Source: an uncultured Syntrophales bacterium
GTDB lineage: Bacteria > Desulfobacterota > Syntrophia > Syntrophales > JADFWA01
DNA length: 64,000 nt
Assembly: GCA_964650385.1 (NCBI GenBank)
Contig: CAZYTP010000003.1
Span: forward strand, 8,576-72,575
Direction: 5' to 3'
The notes below the pieces were generated by a model. It saw only the letters and a list, made by a program, of their open reading frames with translations, made no database searches and had not been told where the DNA came from. Shown piece after piece: positions 19,109 to 28,396 of this stretch; position 1 is the first letter of the stretch; each line of letters opens with the position of its first letter. Made by a program: the position numbers and the translations under genes.

Positions 19109-20146
19109 CTATGGAAACAGCGAAATCAATTTTAAGCCGGAGTCTTCACTCAAGCCATACATCAGATTCATGTTTTGTAAGGCCTGACCGGCAGCACCCT
19201 TTATAAGATTGTCAATCGCGGATACTATTATAATCCTTCCCGTCTGATCGTCAACAGTTAGCCCGATATCACAGTAATTAGAACCCCTGACCGATGAAAC
19301 AGTGGGGAATGTACCAGCCTTATAAATCCTGACAAACGCTTCACCATCGTAAAACTTTTTATAAAGATCTATCAGGTCAGATACGGATACGCTCTCCTTT
19401 AGCCCCGCATATATCGTATTAAGTATCCCCCTGTTCACCGGTAGCAGATGCGGTACAAAGGAAATCTTAACATCCGTCTCGGCAAGGAAGCCGAGCTCCT
19501 GCTCCATCTCCGGCATGTGACGATGCTGGCCGATCTTATAGGCCTTAAATCCCTCATTCACCTCACAGAAAAGTGAGCCAATCTGCGGTTCGCGACCCGC
19601 ACCACTAACCCCCGACTTCGAGTCAACAATAATCGAGGTAATATCAATCCATCCTTCCTTCAACACCGGGGCCAGACCAAGAATAACCCCGGTTGGATAG
19701 CAACCTGGATTTGCAATAAGCTGTCCGGTCTTAATACTATCCCTGTACAATTCCGGAAGGCCGTAAACCGCCTCTTTTATCAAATCCGGTGCCGTATGTT
19801 TCTGGTACCACTGCTCATACACTGCAATATCACGCAGGCGAAAATCAGCACTCAGATCAATAACCTTTTTCCCCGCTTTCAAAAAGAGAGGAACAGACTC
19901 CATCGCCAGACCGTGAGGAAGCGCCAAAAAGACAACATCAGAAAGCTCAGCAACATCATAAGGGGATGCATCGATGAATTCCATGTCGGTCAACCCTTGA
20001 AAAGCCGGAAACACATCGGAAACCTGAGTACCCTTAAGTTTTCTTGACGTCAGGGCAACAACTTCCACTTCAGGATGCCGAAATAGAAGTCTTAGAAGTT
20101 CCTGACCTGTGTAGCCACTTGCTCCGTATATGCTAACTTTTAACAT
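19109..20146 (-). CDS. argC: N-acetyl-gamma-glutamyl-phosphate reductase
   Basis: GASGYTG Rossmann motif and active-site NPGCYPT. 345 aa. Confidence 0.93.
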   Translation of the reverse strand: MLKVSIYGASGYTGQELLRLLFRHPEVEVVALTSRKLKGTQVSDVFPAFQGLTDMEFIDASPYDVAELSDVVFLALPHGLAMESVPLFLKAGKKVIDLSADFRLRDIAVYEQWYQKHTAPDLIKEAVYGLPELYRDSIKTGQLIANPGCYPTGVILGLAPVLKEGWIDITSIIVDSKSGVSGAGREPQIGSLFCEVNEGFKAYKIGQHRHMPEMEQELGFLAETDVKISFVPHLLPVNRGILNTIYAGLKESVSVSDLIDLYKKFYDGEAFVRIYKAGTFPTVSSVRGSNYCDIGLTVDDQTGRIIIVSAIDNLIKGAAGQALQNMNLMYGLSEDSGLKLISLFP

Positions 20147-20319
20147 GACAAGTCCTCAATAATTCACAGGAATCAGCAGTCGGATATTCTCTCCAGAAAA
20201 TTACAGCCAATCTTTACGGGCACCACCCATTTTCGAATGAAATACCTTACCGACATTACCGGTTTTTTCTGGATACTGATAGCCGAACACCACAAACTGT
20301 TACAATATTTCCTTATATA

Positions 20320-20344
20320 CAAAAAAGGGAGGCCATAGCCCCCC
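20320..20344 (-). terminator. rho-independent terminator after rpsI
   Basis: The minus-strand RNA forms GGGGGGC-uaug-GCCUCCC followed by UUUUUUG, 13 nt after the rpsI stop. Confidence 0.75.
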
Positions 20345-20356
20345 TCCTCACCAATA

Positions 20357-20749
20357 TTATCTTTTGGAAAACTGAAATCTTTTCCTCGCCCCGGGTTGCC
20401 CGTACTTCTTCCGCTCCTTTATACGAGAATCTCTTGTCAGGAATCCCGCCTGTTTTAGAACCGGCCTTAGTGCGGCATCGTACTCCAGAAGTGCTTTAGA
20501 AATGCCATGTTTAATTGCACCGGCCTGTCCCGAAATACCTCCACCTCGAACATTGATATAAAAATCAAACTTGCTCATCTGTCCGGTAACCTCAAGGGGT
20601 TGCTTAATCAGCATCTTGAAGATGTCTCCGGTAAAATATTCATCAAAATCCCTCTTGTTTACAACAAGAGTGCCACTTCCCTCTTTCATCCACACCCTTG
20701 CTATAGCGGTTTTTCTCTTTCCTGTCGCATAATAACGTTTCTCTGCCAT
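20357..20749 (-). CDS. rpsI: 30S ribosomal protein S9
   Basis: Trimmed to [19 protein letters not shown] (GGAGA SD). C-terminus ends KRFQFSKR. Confidence 0.96.
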   Translation of the reverse strand: MAEKRYYATGKRKTAIARVWMKEGSGTLVVNKRDFDEYFTGDIFKMLIKQPLEVTGQMSKFDFYINVRGGGISGQAGAIKHGISKALLEYDAALRPVLKQAGFLTRDSRIKERKKYGQPGARKRFQFSKR

Positions 20750-20865
20750 ATTTATCTCCCACAAATAATTAATACATAAGCAACCAGCACTTTTAATTCA
20801 AAGTGATATTTGTGCCTGTTTCTTTGCTTTATACTAAAAGCTGATTGTTAACAGCTGTTTTACTA

Positions 20866-21294
20866 TCACAATTCCAGTAACCTGGGGGTTTGAGCTTCAT
20901 GGGGATGTTCGCTGGTAGAATATATCTTCAGCTTTTTAAGCATTTGTCTGCCCAAAGAGTTTTTTGGAAGCATGCCCTTTACCGCCGTGCGCAATAGTCT
21001 TTCCGGCTTTTCCTTCAACAACTTTCCGGCAGTAACAGATTTTATTCCTCCCGGATAACCGGAGTGATGATAATATATTTTATCAGTCAATTTCTTGCCG
21101 GTAAGAGAAACTTTCCCGGCATTTATAACTACTATAAAATCTCCCGTATCAACATGTGGCGTGTAAACAGGTTTATGCTTGCCCCTCAAACGCTTCGCTA
21201 TTTCACTTGCAAGCCTTCCAAGTATTTTCCCCTCGGCATCAATCAGATACCAGTCTTTTACAATATCTTCTTTTTTAGCACTATATGTCTTCAT
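20866..21294 (-). CDS. rplM: 50S ribosomal protein L13
   Basis: Trimmed to [30 protein letters not shown]. Confidence 0.96.
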   Translation of the reverse strand: MKTYSAKKEDIVKDWYLIDAEGKILGRLASEIAKRLRGKHKPVYTPHVDTGDFIVVINAGKVSLTGKKLTDKIYYHHSGYPGGIKSVTAGKLLKEKPERLLRTAVKGMLPKNSLGRQMLKKLKIYSTSEHPHEAQTPRLLEL

Positions 21295-21327
21295 AAAACC
21301 ACCCAAATTCTGAAAATTTAAAAAGGA

Positions 21328-21356
21328 AAGATACGCAATTTAAACACGTTTGTCAA
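21328..21356 (-). promoter_or_regulatory. candidate sigma70 promoter for rplM-rpsI
   Basis: The minus strand reads TTGACA, 17-nt spacer, TATCTT, about 35 nt upstream of the rplM ATG. Confidence 0.5.
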
Positions 21357-21385
21357 GTTAAAAACCTAAAAAATATTATTGCATC

Positions 21386-23695
21386 CTAGTATGCCTGTCT
21401 GGCACCCCTGCTTATACTACGTATGCCTTCAGGTCTAGCTGTCACTCTTCCGACCTTCCCCAGCCCGTAAAGGGAGAAAACTACCATCCATACCCTGTCA
21501 TTATCAGCGTCAGAATAGGTGGCCATAAGGCTCCAGCATTGCTTGCTATAATCCAAGCCGTATGTCATTTCGTGATCGATCTTATTCAGCTCGTCCCTTC
21601 GGAGAATATATATAAGATCAAGGGAATCGGTAATCTTTGCATTCAGTGAAAGATTTATCTCTTCTATAGACGTCTGCGTATATCTATATCCGATAGTGGC
21701 AGAATCACCACGCCAGTCACTTAATGTAAGATCATAGTTTGTTTTTTCCCAATGGCCCGAGTTAACGTTGAAGCTGGTATCCGCATCAAAGGCAAGATAT
21801 TGAAAAGGGTCAAACTTGAGTTCCATATTCGCATTGCCGAATGGCCTTTTCTCGTTCCCATAATTTTCTGCTCGATGCTTTATTCCTTCTCTTATATCAT
21901 ATGTCTGACTCAGCTTGACGAGTAGAAATTCCCTGTAACTTATACCCCCGCCTTTACTTTTACTTTTATCTTTACTTTTGTCTCCACTCTTGTCTGTATT
22001 TTTCAACCTGGCCATGAAACTATTGGTCAGTGAATAGGTTAGACTGTTTGTTTCACTTATCGTCGCTACGAAATTCGGCAGGTCGTTCTGATATATATAT
22101 GGAACGTAAGTGTAGGTCAACTCAGGTTTAATTCCGTGCCGTATCTTATCAACAGTTTCACCACCTATATCAAATATTCTGTGAACTTCCGTGGAAAGCG
22201 ACGCCCCCACATTATATATCTCCCTACCTCCATGTTCCTCTTTATTTGCCCCCTCAAGCTCACTGGCATCCCAGAAGGTTTCTCTCAACCCTATCGACGG
22301 GGTAAAATCAAGATAGGCGCCAAAGTTGAACGGTAAAGAAAACGTGGGGTGAGCATCGTAAAGTTGTCCGTGGTCGCCGGTGGTCCTCTGATAACTATTA
22401 AACGAAGAATCCAGCGCAAAGTTGAGTGGAGTGTCCAGGATAGGCTGATTAACACCGGTAAAGGTTATTTCAGGATATTTTTGCAGTGTTGAATTGTTGT
22501 CATAGCTCGCAAAATTATCAGTGTACTGAACAAGGGCGGTAAGATTAAACAAGCTCCAATCCTTAACAAGACGAGCAGTCGAGTCCAGCGAAGCGAGGGA
22601 TTCATCACCCAGAAAAGAAACCTTACCAAGCTTGCGTTCCCCTCCCTCTGTGTAATTGTCCAGATAGTAGTTATAATCGGAGAAATCTCTGAAATACCAA
22701 TTATCGGAAACTTTTTTTATGTCTGTTCTCAAATAAAAACCTGGGCTGAAAGTGGTCTCATGGTTCAGGTAATACGACCACCTTTCCTGTTTTTCCTTCC
22801 AGTCCCGGCTTAAACCGCCGTTATCGGGCATGGTCCCCGTCTTTTGATCCTTGATATAGTCGGCATAAAAGGTACCGGATGAATCCTTGCTGATAAAGTA
22901 CCTGAATTCAACCCCTTCTTTTAATCCATTTTTATCCATGTAACGTTGATAAAATGTAGCATCTGCACTCTTTGAAATCGCCCAGTAGAGTGGAAGTTCT
23001 ACGTCCCAGCCATGTTTATCCGAATTTGAAATACGGGGTGGAAGGAAACCCGATTGCCGCGTTGTCTTCGCTGGAAATATCATATACGGCGTATACAAGA
23101 AGGGAAAGTTTTTTACCTGAAAGGTGCCATGTTTCACCTTACCGTAACCATCAATGGTCACATCAAGCTCTCTTCCTGTGAATCTCCAGGCCGGCCAATC
23201 TCCGTCACAGGTGGTTGCCGTAGCATCTTTAAGATGATATGTGGCTTCCCCCTTCTTCTCAATCTCTTTCCCGTTTATATAGAAATGGTTCTTTGCAAAG
23301 AACAGCTTCCCCTCGTAGACAATACCCGTTTTTGAAGTAATATTAAATTTAACCTTGTCTCCCTCAAGTATATCATCATCACTTTTGATATAAACATTCC
23401 CGTAAGCATCGGCATCACCTGTCGTCTTATTCAAATCCACATAATCAGCCTTGAGGAAACCACCGGTAAATGTAATTACAACGTTTCCTTTCGCATTATA
23501 TGTATCAGTATCCCTGTCATAGGCGAGACTATCAGCCTCTATATTAATCGGCCCTTTTTGTATGTCCCCTTCAGAAGCAAGGGTAAAATCAACCTGAAAG
23601 AAAAAAATCAGGAGAGAAATCATTGTTAAATAAAAAAGATTTTTCCTCACCTTATAAAAACTTTGAATAACCATACCGAATATCATTCCCACCAA
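21386..23695 (-). CDS. lptD: LPS-assembly outer-membrane protein LptD (OstA family)
   Basis: About 769 aa. OstA-like N-terminal domain followed by a long beta-strand-rich, Y/F/W-rich barrel region. The exact start is uncertain because several in-frame Met codons are present. Confidence 0.85.
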   Translation of the reverse strand: MVGMIFGMVIQSFYKVRKNLFYLTMISLLIFFFQVDFTLASEGDIQKGPINIEADSLAYDRDTDTYNAKGNVVITFTGGFLKADYVDLNKTTGDADAYGNVYIKSDDDILEGDKVKFNITSKTGIVYEGKLFFAKNHFYINGKEIEKKGEATYHLKDATATTCDGDWPAWRFTGRELDVTIDGYGKVKHGTFQVKNFPFLYTPYMIFPAKTTRQSGFLPPRISNSDKHGWDVELPLYWAISKSADATFYQRYMDKNGLKEGVEFRYFISKDSSGTFYADYIKDQKTGTMPDNGGLSRDWKEKQERWSYYLNHETTFSPGFYLRTDIKKVSDNWYFRDFSDYNYYLDNYTEGGERKLGKVSFLGDESLASLDSTARLVKDWSLFNLTALVQYTDNFASYDNNSTLQKYPEITFTGVNQPILDTPLNFALDSSFNSYQRTTGDHGQLYDAHPTFSLPFNFGAYLDFTPSIGLRETFWDASELEGANKEEHGGREIYNVGASLSTEVHRIFDIGGETVDKIRHGIKPELTYTYVPYIYQNDLPNFVATISETNSLTYSLTNSFMARLKNTDKSGDKSKDKSKSKGGGISYREFLLVKLSQTYDIREGIKHRAENYGNEKRPFGNANMELKFDPFQYLAFDADTSFNVNSGHWEKTNYDLTLSDWRGDSATIGYRYTQTSIEEINLSLNAKITDSLDLIYILRRDELNKIDHEMTYGLDYSKQCWSLMATYSDADNDRVWMVVFSLYGLGKVGRVTARPEGIRSISRGARQAY

Positions 23696-23785
23696 CTTTC
23701 ACGCTCAACCCAATATCAGGGGTCAGGTTTTTAATATTTGACAGTTCAGGAATTCCGGGAGATGAATACACCAACGCATGAAAAA

Positions 23786-23903
23786 TGTCAAATATGAAGC
23801 TCCCCGCCCACAGGGCGGGGCTTCCCGGTAAGGAACATGTTTTTTTATATTGCGCCCCTTACCCCGCCTACAAGGCGGGGCTTGCTGGTGCGCTCCCGGT
23901 CAA
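23786..23903 (+). repeat. CCCCGC-hairpin repeat, long form with two hairpins
   Basis: TGTCAAATATGAAGCT, hairpin 23802-23820 (CCCCGCCC/GGGCGGGG), ..GGTAAGGAACATGTTTTTTTATATTGCGCCCC, hairpin 23862-23880 (CCCCGCC/GGCGGGG), ..GCGCTCCCGGTCAA. The last bases include the folC stop codon. Confidence 0.75.
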
Positions 23904-25192
23904 GACCCCATACAGTGTTTTTTTATCTCTCCAACAAGAAAAAGTGAACCGGTCACGCAGATAAGATCATCTTTTTCGGCAAGGGCAAAAGCCCGCGAAA
24001 GCGCCCGGCCGGAATCTTCAATAATTTCTACACTATTAATATACCTCTTTGCAACGGGTAATATATCCATCAAATGCAAGCTTCTTTTATCTTTTGGCTC
24101 TGTGAGGATAAGTTTATCGGCAAGAGGGGCCAATTTTTTCAGCATCCTCCTGTAATCCTTGTCACCAAGTACACCGAACAGGAGAATTAACTTCCTATAG
24201 GAAAACTTATCCCTCAGCGCACGAAAAAGAGCAGATGCCCCCGCCGGATTGTGGGCACCATCCACAACCAGCATGGGAGAATTCCGAAGTACCTCTAATC
24301 TCCCTTCCCATCGTACATTTCTCAAACCACGCATTACTGCACTATCATCAACACCAAAACCTTTATCGGCTAGAAGCTCTATCGTTCCAAGAGCCACGGC
24401 GGCATTTTCTATCTGATGCCTTCCTATCAAGGGGCAAACAAGGTTTCGATAATCTTTTTTAATCCCTTTATAAGAGAAGGTGTTCAACTCTGGCGTATAA
24501 GCTTCTTCAAGCCGGAGAGTTTTCACTGCTCTAGCTTTCACGTCTTTCCCTAACCGGTACAGTCTTGCCTCTCGTTCGCTGCATATATTCTCCAACACCT
24601 TCAAGACGCGCTTCTCTTTCGCACCGGTAATGCATATACCTCCATTCTTGATAATTCCTCCCTTTTCCCAGGCAACTGCTCCCAAATTACTGCCAAGATA
24701 CTTCACATGTTCCAAAGAGACATTGGATATCACGGACACTTCCGGTATCACAACATTTGTCGCATCAAGTCTTCCGCCCATTCCAACCTCTAAAACAGCC
24801 ACATCCACAGAGTTTCTGAAAAAATGGAGAAAAGCCAGAGCTGTAATAAATTCAAAATAGGTTATATCCCCTTCAATCTCTCCACGCACCTTTTCAATCA
24901 GGTAGGAGAGTTCCTCCATCGTTATCATACAGTCGTTTATCTTTATACGCTCATTGACATTAATGAGATGAGGTGAAGTATAAAGGCCAACTTTTACTCC
25001 ACCCTCCAGGAGAATAGAGGAAATCATCGCTGCGATTGAACCCTTACCATTTGTTCCGCTAACTAAAACTGTTTTGTATTTTTCCTGGGGATTATTTAAT
25101 CGGTCAAGGAGTTGGGAGACAGGAACCAGACTCAAATGTATTCCCTTATCTCTCAATCCTGAAAGGTATTCAAGGGGATTTTGAGATGCCAT
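23900..25192 (-). CDS. folC: bifunctional folylpolyglutamate synthase/dihydrofolate synthase
   Basis: Mur-ligase P-loop SGTNGKGS. 430 aa. Confidence 0.9.
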   Translation of the reverse strand: MASQNPLEYLSGLRDKGIHLSLVPVSQLLDRLNNPQEKYKTVLVSGTNGKGSIAAMISSILLEGGVKVGLYTSPHLINVNERIKINDCMITMEELSYLIEKVRGEIEGDITYFEFITALAFLHFFRNSVDVAVLEVGMGGRLDATNVVIPEVSVISNVSLEHVKYLGSNLGAVAWEKGGIIKNGGICITGAKEKRVLKVLENICSEREARLYRLGKDVKARAVKTLRLEEAYTPELNTFSYKGIKKDYRNLVCPLIGRHQIENAAVALGTIELLADKGFGVDDSAVMRGLRNVRWEGRLEVLRNSPMLVVDGAHNPAGASALFRALRDKFSYRKLILLFGVLGDKDYRRMLKKLAPLADKLILTEPKDKRSLHLMDILPVAKRYINSVEIIEDSGRALSRAFALAEKDDLICVTGSLFLVGEIKKHCMGS

Positions 25193-25309
25193 TTATTTTC
25201 AGCTTTCAGCGTTCAGATAATCTTACAATCTCAGGGTTAAGTTATAGCACAAGTTTTTAGAAGGCATTAATTTGAAACACAAAGCTTAAAAGTTAGACCA
25301 AATGGTGTT

Positions 25310-25366
25310 TTGACCGGAGGAGTACCCCGTAAACCCCGTCCTGTGGGCGGGAGCTTCACTTGACAC
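25310..25366 (-). repeat. CCCCGC-hairpin repeat, short form (reverse orientation)
   Basis: The reverse complement reads GTGTCAAGTGAAGCTCCCGCCCACAGGACGGGGTTTACGGGGTACTCCTCCGGTCAA. Confidence 0.75.
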
Positions 25367-25387
25367 TGACCACTGGGAGCTGAATGT

Positions 25388-26161
25388 TTACCCAATTTTT
25401 ATCACTTCTCCTTCGCTCAGGATGTGAATATCTTTGTTCTTTATCAAATCTATCTCTTTTCTGATGGTTTCTTCATACTGTGGTTTCATATGGTAAAGAT
25501 AAATATCTGGTGTTATAGCGCCCAATTTCTTTAATTCACGACCGAGACTGGCAGGTATAAGATGACCGGTAATATCCGCAATATCCTCCATACTATTGGG
25601 AAGTGATACTTCAATAAATACGGCTTTCAAATTCTTGAGCTTCCGCATAACTTTCCAAACATCATCAGTCGGACCGGTATCTCCTATAAAGACAAATGAA
25701 CCACTTTCAGATTCTATCACATACCCGATTGTCTCAACAGTATGATTGACTCTGACAGAAGTAATCGTAAGATTATTAAGCTGAAATCTTACACCCAATT
25801 GGATTATCTCAAATTTAAGAAGAGGTTTCTCCGGAGTTGGAATCGATGAAAAATCAGGCCATATAATGTTATTAAAAAGGTTTGCTCTCAGTGCATCAAT
25901 AACTCCCTGTGTACTTAAGACTCTAATTGCCGGATATTCTTTTTTGCTATAATAAAGATTATCCGCCAGAAACATTATATCACAGACATGATCAAGATGA
26001 GTGTGAGTTACAAGAACATATTCTATCTTAATTTGTTCTTCCAATGACAACACAGAAGTTATTGTGCCGGCATCAAGTAAAATTTCTTCATTCAACAAAA
26101 AACACGCAGTGTTGTGGCCGGGGAACTTGGATCCGTAACAACCTAATACCCTTATATTCAT
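25388..26161 (-). CDS. MBL-fold metallo-hydrolase, class-II cyclic-nucleotide phosphodiesterase-like
   Basis: Trimmed to MNIRVLGCYGS. Contains the HTHLDH metal motif. The overall layout resembles CpdP-type enzymes; this match is from memory. Confidence 0.6.
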   Translation of the reverse strand: MNIRVLGCYGSKFPGHNTACFLLNEEILLDAGTITSVLSLEEQIKIEYVLVTHTHLDHVCDIMFLADNLYYSKKEYPAIRVLSTQGVIDALRANLFNNIIWPDFSSIPTPEKPLLKFEIIQLGVRFQLNNLTITSVRVNHTVETIGYVIESESGSFVFIGDTGPTDDVWKVMRKLKNLKAVFIEVSLPNSMEDIADITGHLIPASLGRELKKLGAITPDIYLYHMKPQYEETIRKEIDLIKNKDIHILSEGEVIKIG

Positions 26162-26397
26162 ATAATTATTCCTTTTCACGCTTTTTAGGATAAAAATAAG
26201 TCCCCATAAGCTCACTGCAGAGGCTCTTAGAAGCATTAAAGAGTGATTTTATTAAGTTTGCTCGCTATACATTTTTACAAAAATAACAACGTCAAAAGAA
26301 AAATCAAAACGCCGGCTCACAGTTCCAGGCAGCTACAAACACAAATAGCTCCCCAAGTCCACCGCCTTTGGCCTTTTGCTATGAACTCATAACCAAA

Positions 26398-26661
26398 TTA
26401 TTCTTCTGATATAACCTTAAATATCTCATCGCCAGGACGAACTCGCCCCGTTACCTTAATTCCGATATAATCACCGGTTACTGCCTTTTCAACTTTTTCG
26501 TTTTCTATTTCCATTGAGTCAATTTTACTTTCAAATTCTGTGGTATGACCTGTGAACTTAACCGTATCGCCTACTTTTAACTCTCCATCAGTAATCTTGA
26601 CCGCTGCAACGCTTGGCTTAGCAAAAAACTTAACAACCTCTCCAATTTTTTCCTCTGCCAT
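26398..26661 (-). CDS. small EF-Tu domain-2-like beta-barrel protein (translation elongation factor-like protein)
   Basis: Trimmed to ATG 26661, which has GGGAGGA 6 nt upstream. Contains GELKVGDTVKF..GDYIGIKVTGRVRPGDEIF. Confidence 0.6.
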   Translation of the reverse strand: MAEEKIGEVVKFFAKPSVAAVKITDGELKVGDTVKFTGHTTEFESKIDSMEIENEKVEKAVTGDYIGIKVTGRVRPGDEIFKVISEE

Positions 26662-26830
26662 GACTGATCCTCCCTTACTCATCAGATACGTTAGGGTTCA
26701 AAAGATATAAGACAATATTCTCTAAAATGTATCGAGATATCGCAATATATCAACACATTATGCATTGACAATTTTTCATTATATTTCTTTTAAGAAAAAT
26801 TTCAAGGGAAAACATAAAAGATACTGATAG

Positions 26831-26866
26831 ATCAAATAAAAAGGCAAGGGATCACCCTTGCCTTTT
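26831..26866 (-). terminator. rho-independent terminator of the alpha operon (bidirectional hairpin)
   Basis: AAGGCAAGGG-ugau-CCCUUGCCUU followed by UUUAUUUG on the minus strand, about 60 nt after the rplQ stop. Confidence 0.8.
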
Positions 26867-26922
26867 TATTTTTGCACTTTTTTATTTTCTTATTTTTCCG
26901 CGGTTGAAACGTACTGTACCAA

Positions 26923-27300
26923 CTACTTTGAGGGTCTCTTTTCTCCTTCTGAAATTAATTCAATAACAGACATAGGGGCATTGTCACCTGCTCTGTAACC
27001 TACCTTTACTATTCTCGAATAACCCCCATCCCTTTCACTGTACCGGGGTGACAGCTCTTCAAAAAGCTTTTTGACAACTGCCCGGTCCCTTATAAAAGAC
27101 AGAACCTGCCTTCTTGCGTGGAGGCTGTCCTTTTTCCCTAAGGTAATTATCTTTTCGGCAATTTTTCTCAATTCTTTTGCCTTGGCATCGGTTGTAACGA
27201 TCTTTTCATGCTTCATGAAGGAAGTTACAATATTTCTCAGCATCGCTTTTCTATGACTCGTGGTTCTACTAAGCTTCCTCCCAGCCTTTCTGTGACGCAT
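26923..27300 (-). CDS. rplQ: 50S ribosomal protein L17
   Basis: [23 protein letters not shown]. Confidence 0.97.
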   Translation of the reverse strand: MRHRKAGRKLSRTTSHRKAMLRNIVTSFMKHEKIVTTDAKAKELRKIAEKIITLGKKDSLHARRQVLSFIRDRAVVKKLFEELSPRYSERDGGYSRIVKVGYRAGDNAPMSVIELISEGEKRPSK

Positions 27301-27335
27301 TTAACATCTTCCTTTCTAATTAATGAATCTATCTA

Positions 27336-28346
27336 CTATATCTCTTTAGCTTCTTCTTCATCATCTTTTACCGGCAGTGTAAAATCTACCTTCATACCGA
27401 GTCCAAGTCCCATCTCAGTAAGTATTTCCTTAATTTCACTCAGGGATTTCCTTCCAAAGTTCTTGGTTTTAAGCATTTCAGTCTCAGTCTTCTGAACAAG
27501 TTCTCCAATAAGCGTAATACCGGCATTTTTCAAACAGTTTGCAGATCTTACAGAAAGCTCCAATTCATCAACGCTCCTGTGCAAGTTATCATTGATTTTT
27601 TCCTTTTCCTCGATCTCTTTATGTTCTTCCTGCTCTTCCTCTTCCTCTTCAAAATTTATAAAAACATTGAGCTGTTCCTTTAATATTTTTGCAGAATAAG
27701 CTATGGCATCCTCTGGTAAAATACTCCCATCCGTCCATACCTCTATTATGAGCCTATCATAATCAGTAACCTGCCCCACCCTGGCATGGGTTACCGTATA
27801 GTTTACCTTTTTAATTGGCGAAAATAACGTATCAATATTTATAGTGCCTTCCGGTTGGTCAAGGTCCCTCTCCTTTTTAGCGGGAACATAACTTCGCCCC
27901 ATCTTCACGACCATTTCTACCTTAAACACAGCATCAGCCGAGAGGGTTGTAATATAATGATCCGGATTCATTATCTCAACAGTTGCATCTGTAATGATAT
28001 CCCCTGCGGTTATAACTCCCTCTCTTGAAGCATCAATATGTACAACCCTGGGTCCATCTTCATAAAGTTTTAAACGGATGCCCTTAAGGTTTAAAATAAG
28101 ATCGGTCGTATCATCTTTCACCCCAGGAATCGTAGAGTACTCATGAAGAACTCCGTCAATCTTCACAGAAACAATAGCTGCTCCCTGTATGGAAGACAGC
28201 AATACTCTTCTAAGAGAGTTACCTAAAGTAATGCCAAAACCCCTTTCCAAAGGCTGACAGGTAAATTCCCCATAAAATTGAGTGTGGGTTTTTTCATCTA
28301 CTTCGATTCGCTTCGACCGCATTAAACTACGCCAGTTTTTTTGCAT
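27336..28346 (-). CDS. rpoA: DNA-directed RNA polymerase subunit alpha
   Basis: NTD contains [17 protein letters not shown]; CTD contains [15 protein letters not shown]. 336 aa. Confidence 0.97.
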   Translation of the reverse strand: MQKNWRSLMRSKRIEVDEKTHTQFYGEFTCQPLERGFGITLGNSLRRVLLSSIQGAAIVSVKIDGVLHEYSTIPGVKDDTTDLILNLKGIRLKLYEDGPRVVHIDASREGVITAGDIITDATVEIMNPDHYITTLSADAVFKVEMVVKMGRSYVPAKKERDLDQPEGTINIDTLFSPIKKVNYTVTHARVGQVTDYDRLIIEVWTDGSILPEDAIAYSAKILKEQLNVFINFEEEEEEQEEHKEIEEKEKINDNLHRSVDELELSVRSANCLKNAGITLIGELVQKTETEMLKTKNFGRKSLSEIKEILTEMGLGLGMKVDFTLPVKDDEEEAKEI

Positions 28347-28396
28347 TTCTTATACTTCCTATATAGAGTTGCTTTGACCGTTACGTGTTTATCACG

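Noticed and set aside
20147-20319. Looked for an ArgR (ARG box, TGAAT-N4-ATTCA-like) operator upstream of argC.
   Set aside because: Only a partial ATTTTCGAATGAAAT stretch is present, with no proper palindromic half-sites. It cannot be supported from the sequence alone.
23802-23880. Possible two-repeat mini-CRISPR. Two CCCCGCC...GGCGGGG hairpins lie 60 nt apart, superficially like type I-E repeats (CCCCGC..GCGGGG stem, about 61-nt period).
   Set aside because: There are only two units. The sequence flanking the stems differs between them. The would-be spacer (GGTAAGGAACATGTTTTTTTATATTGCGCCCC) recurs at 6063-6130 and 5031-5057, so it is part of a dispersed repeat rather than a unique spacer. 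No cas genes or leader are present.
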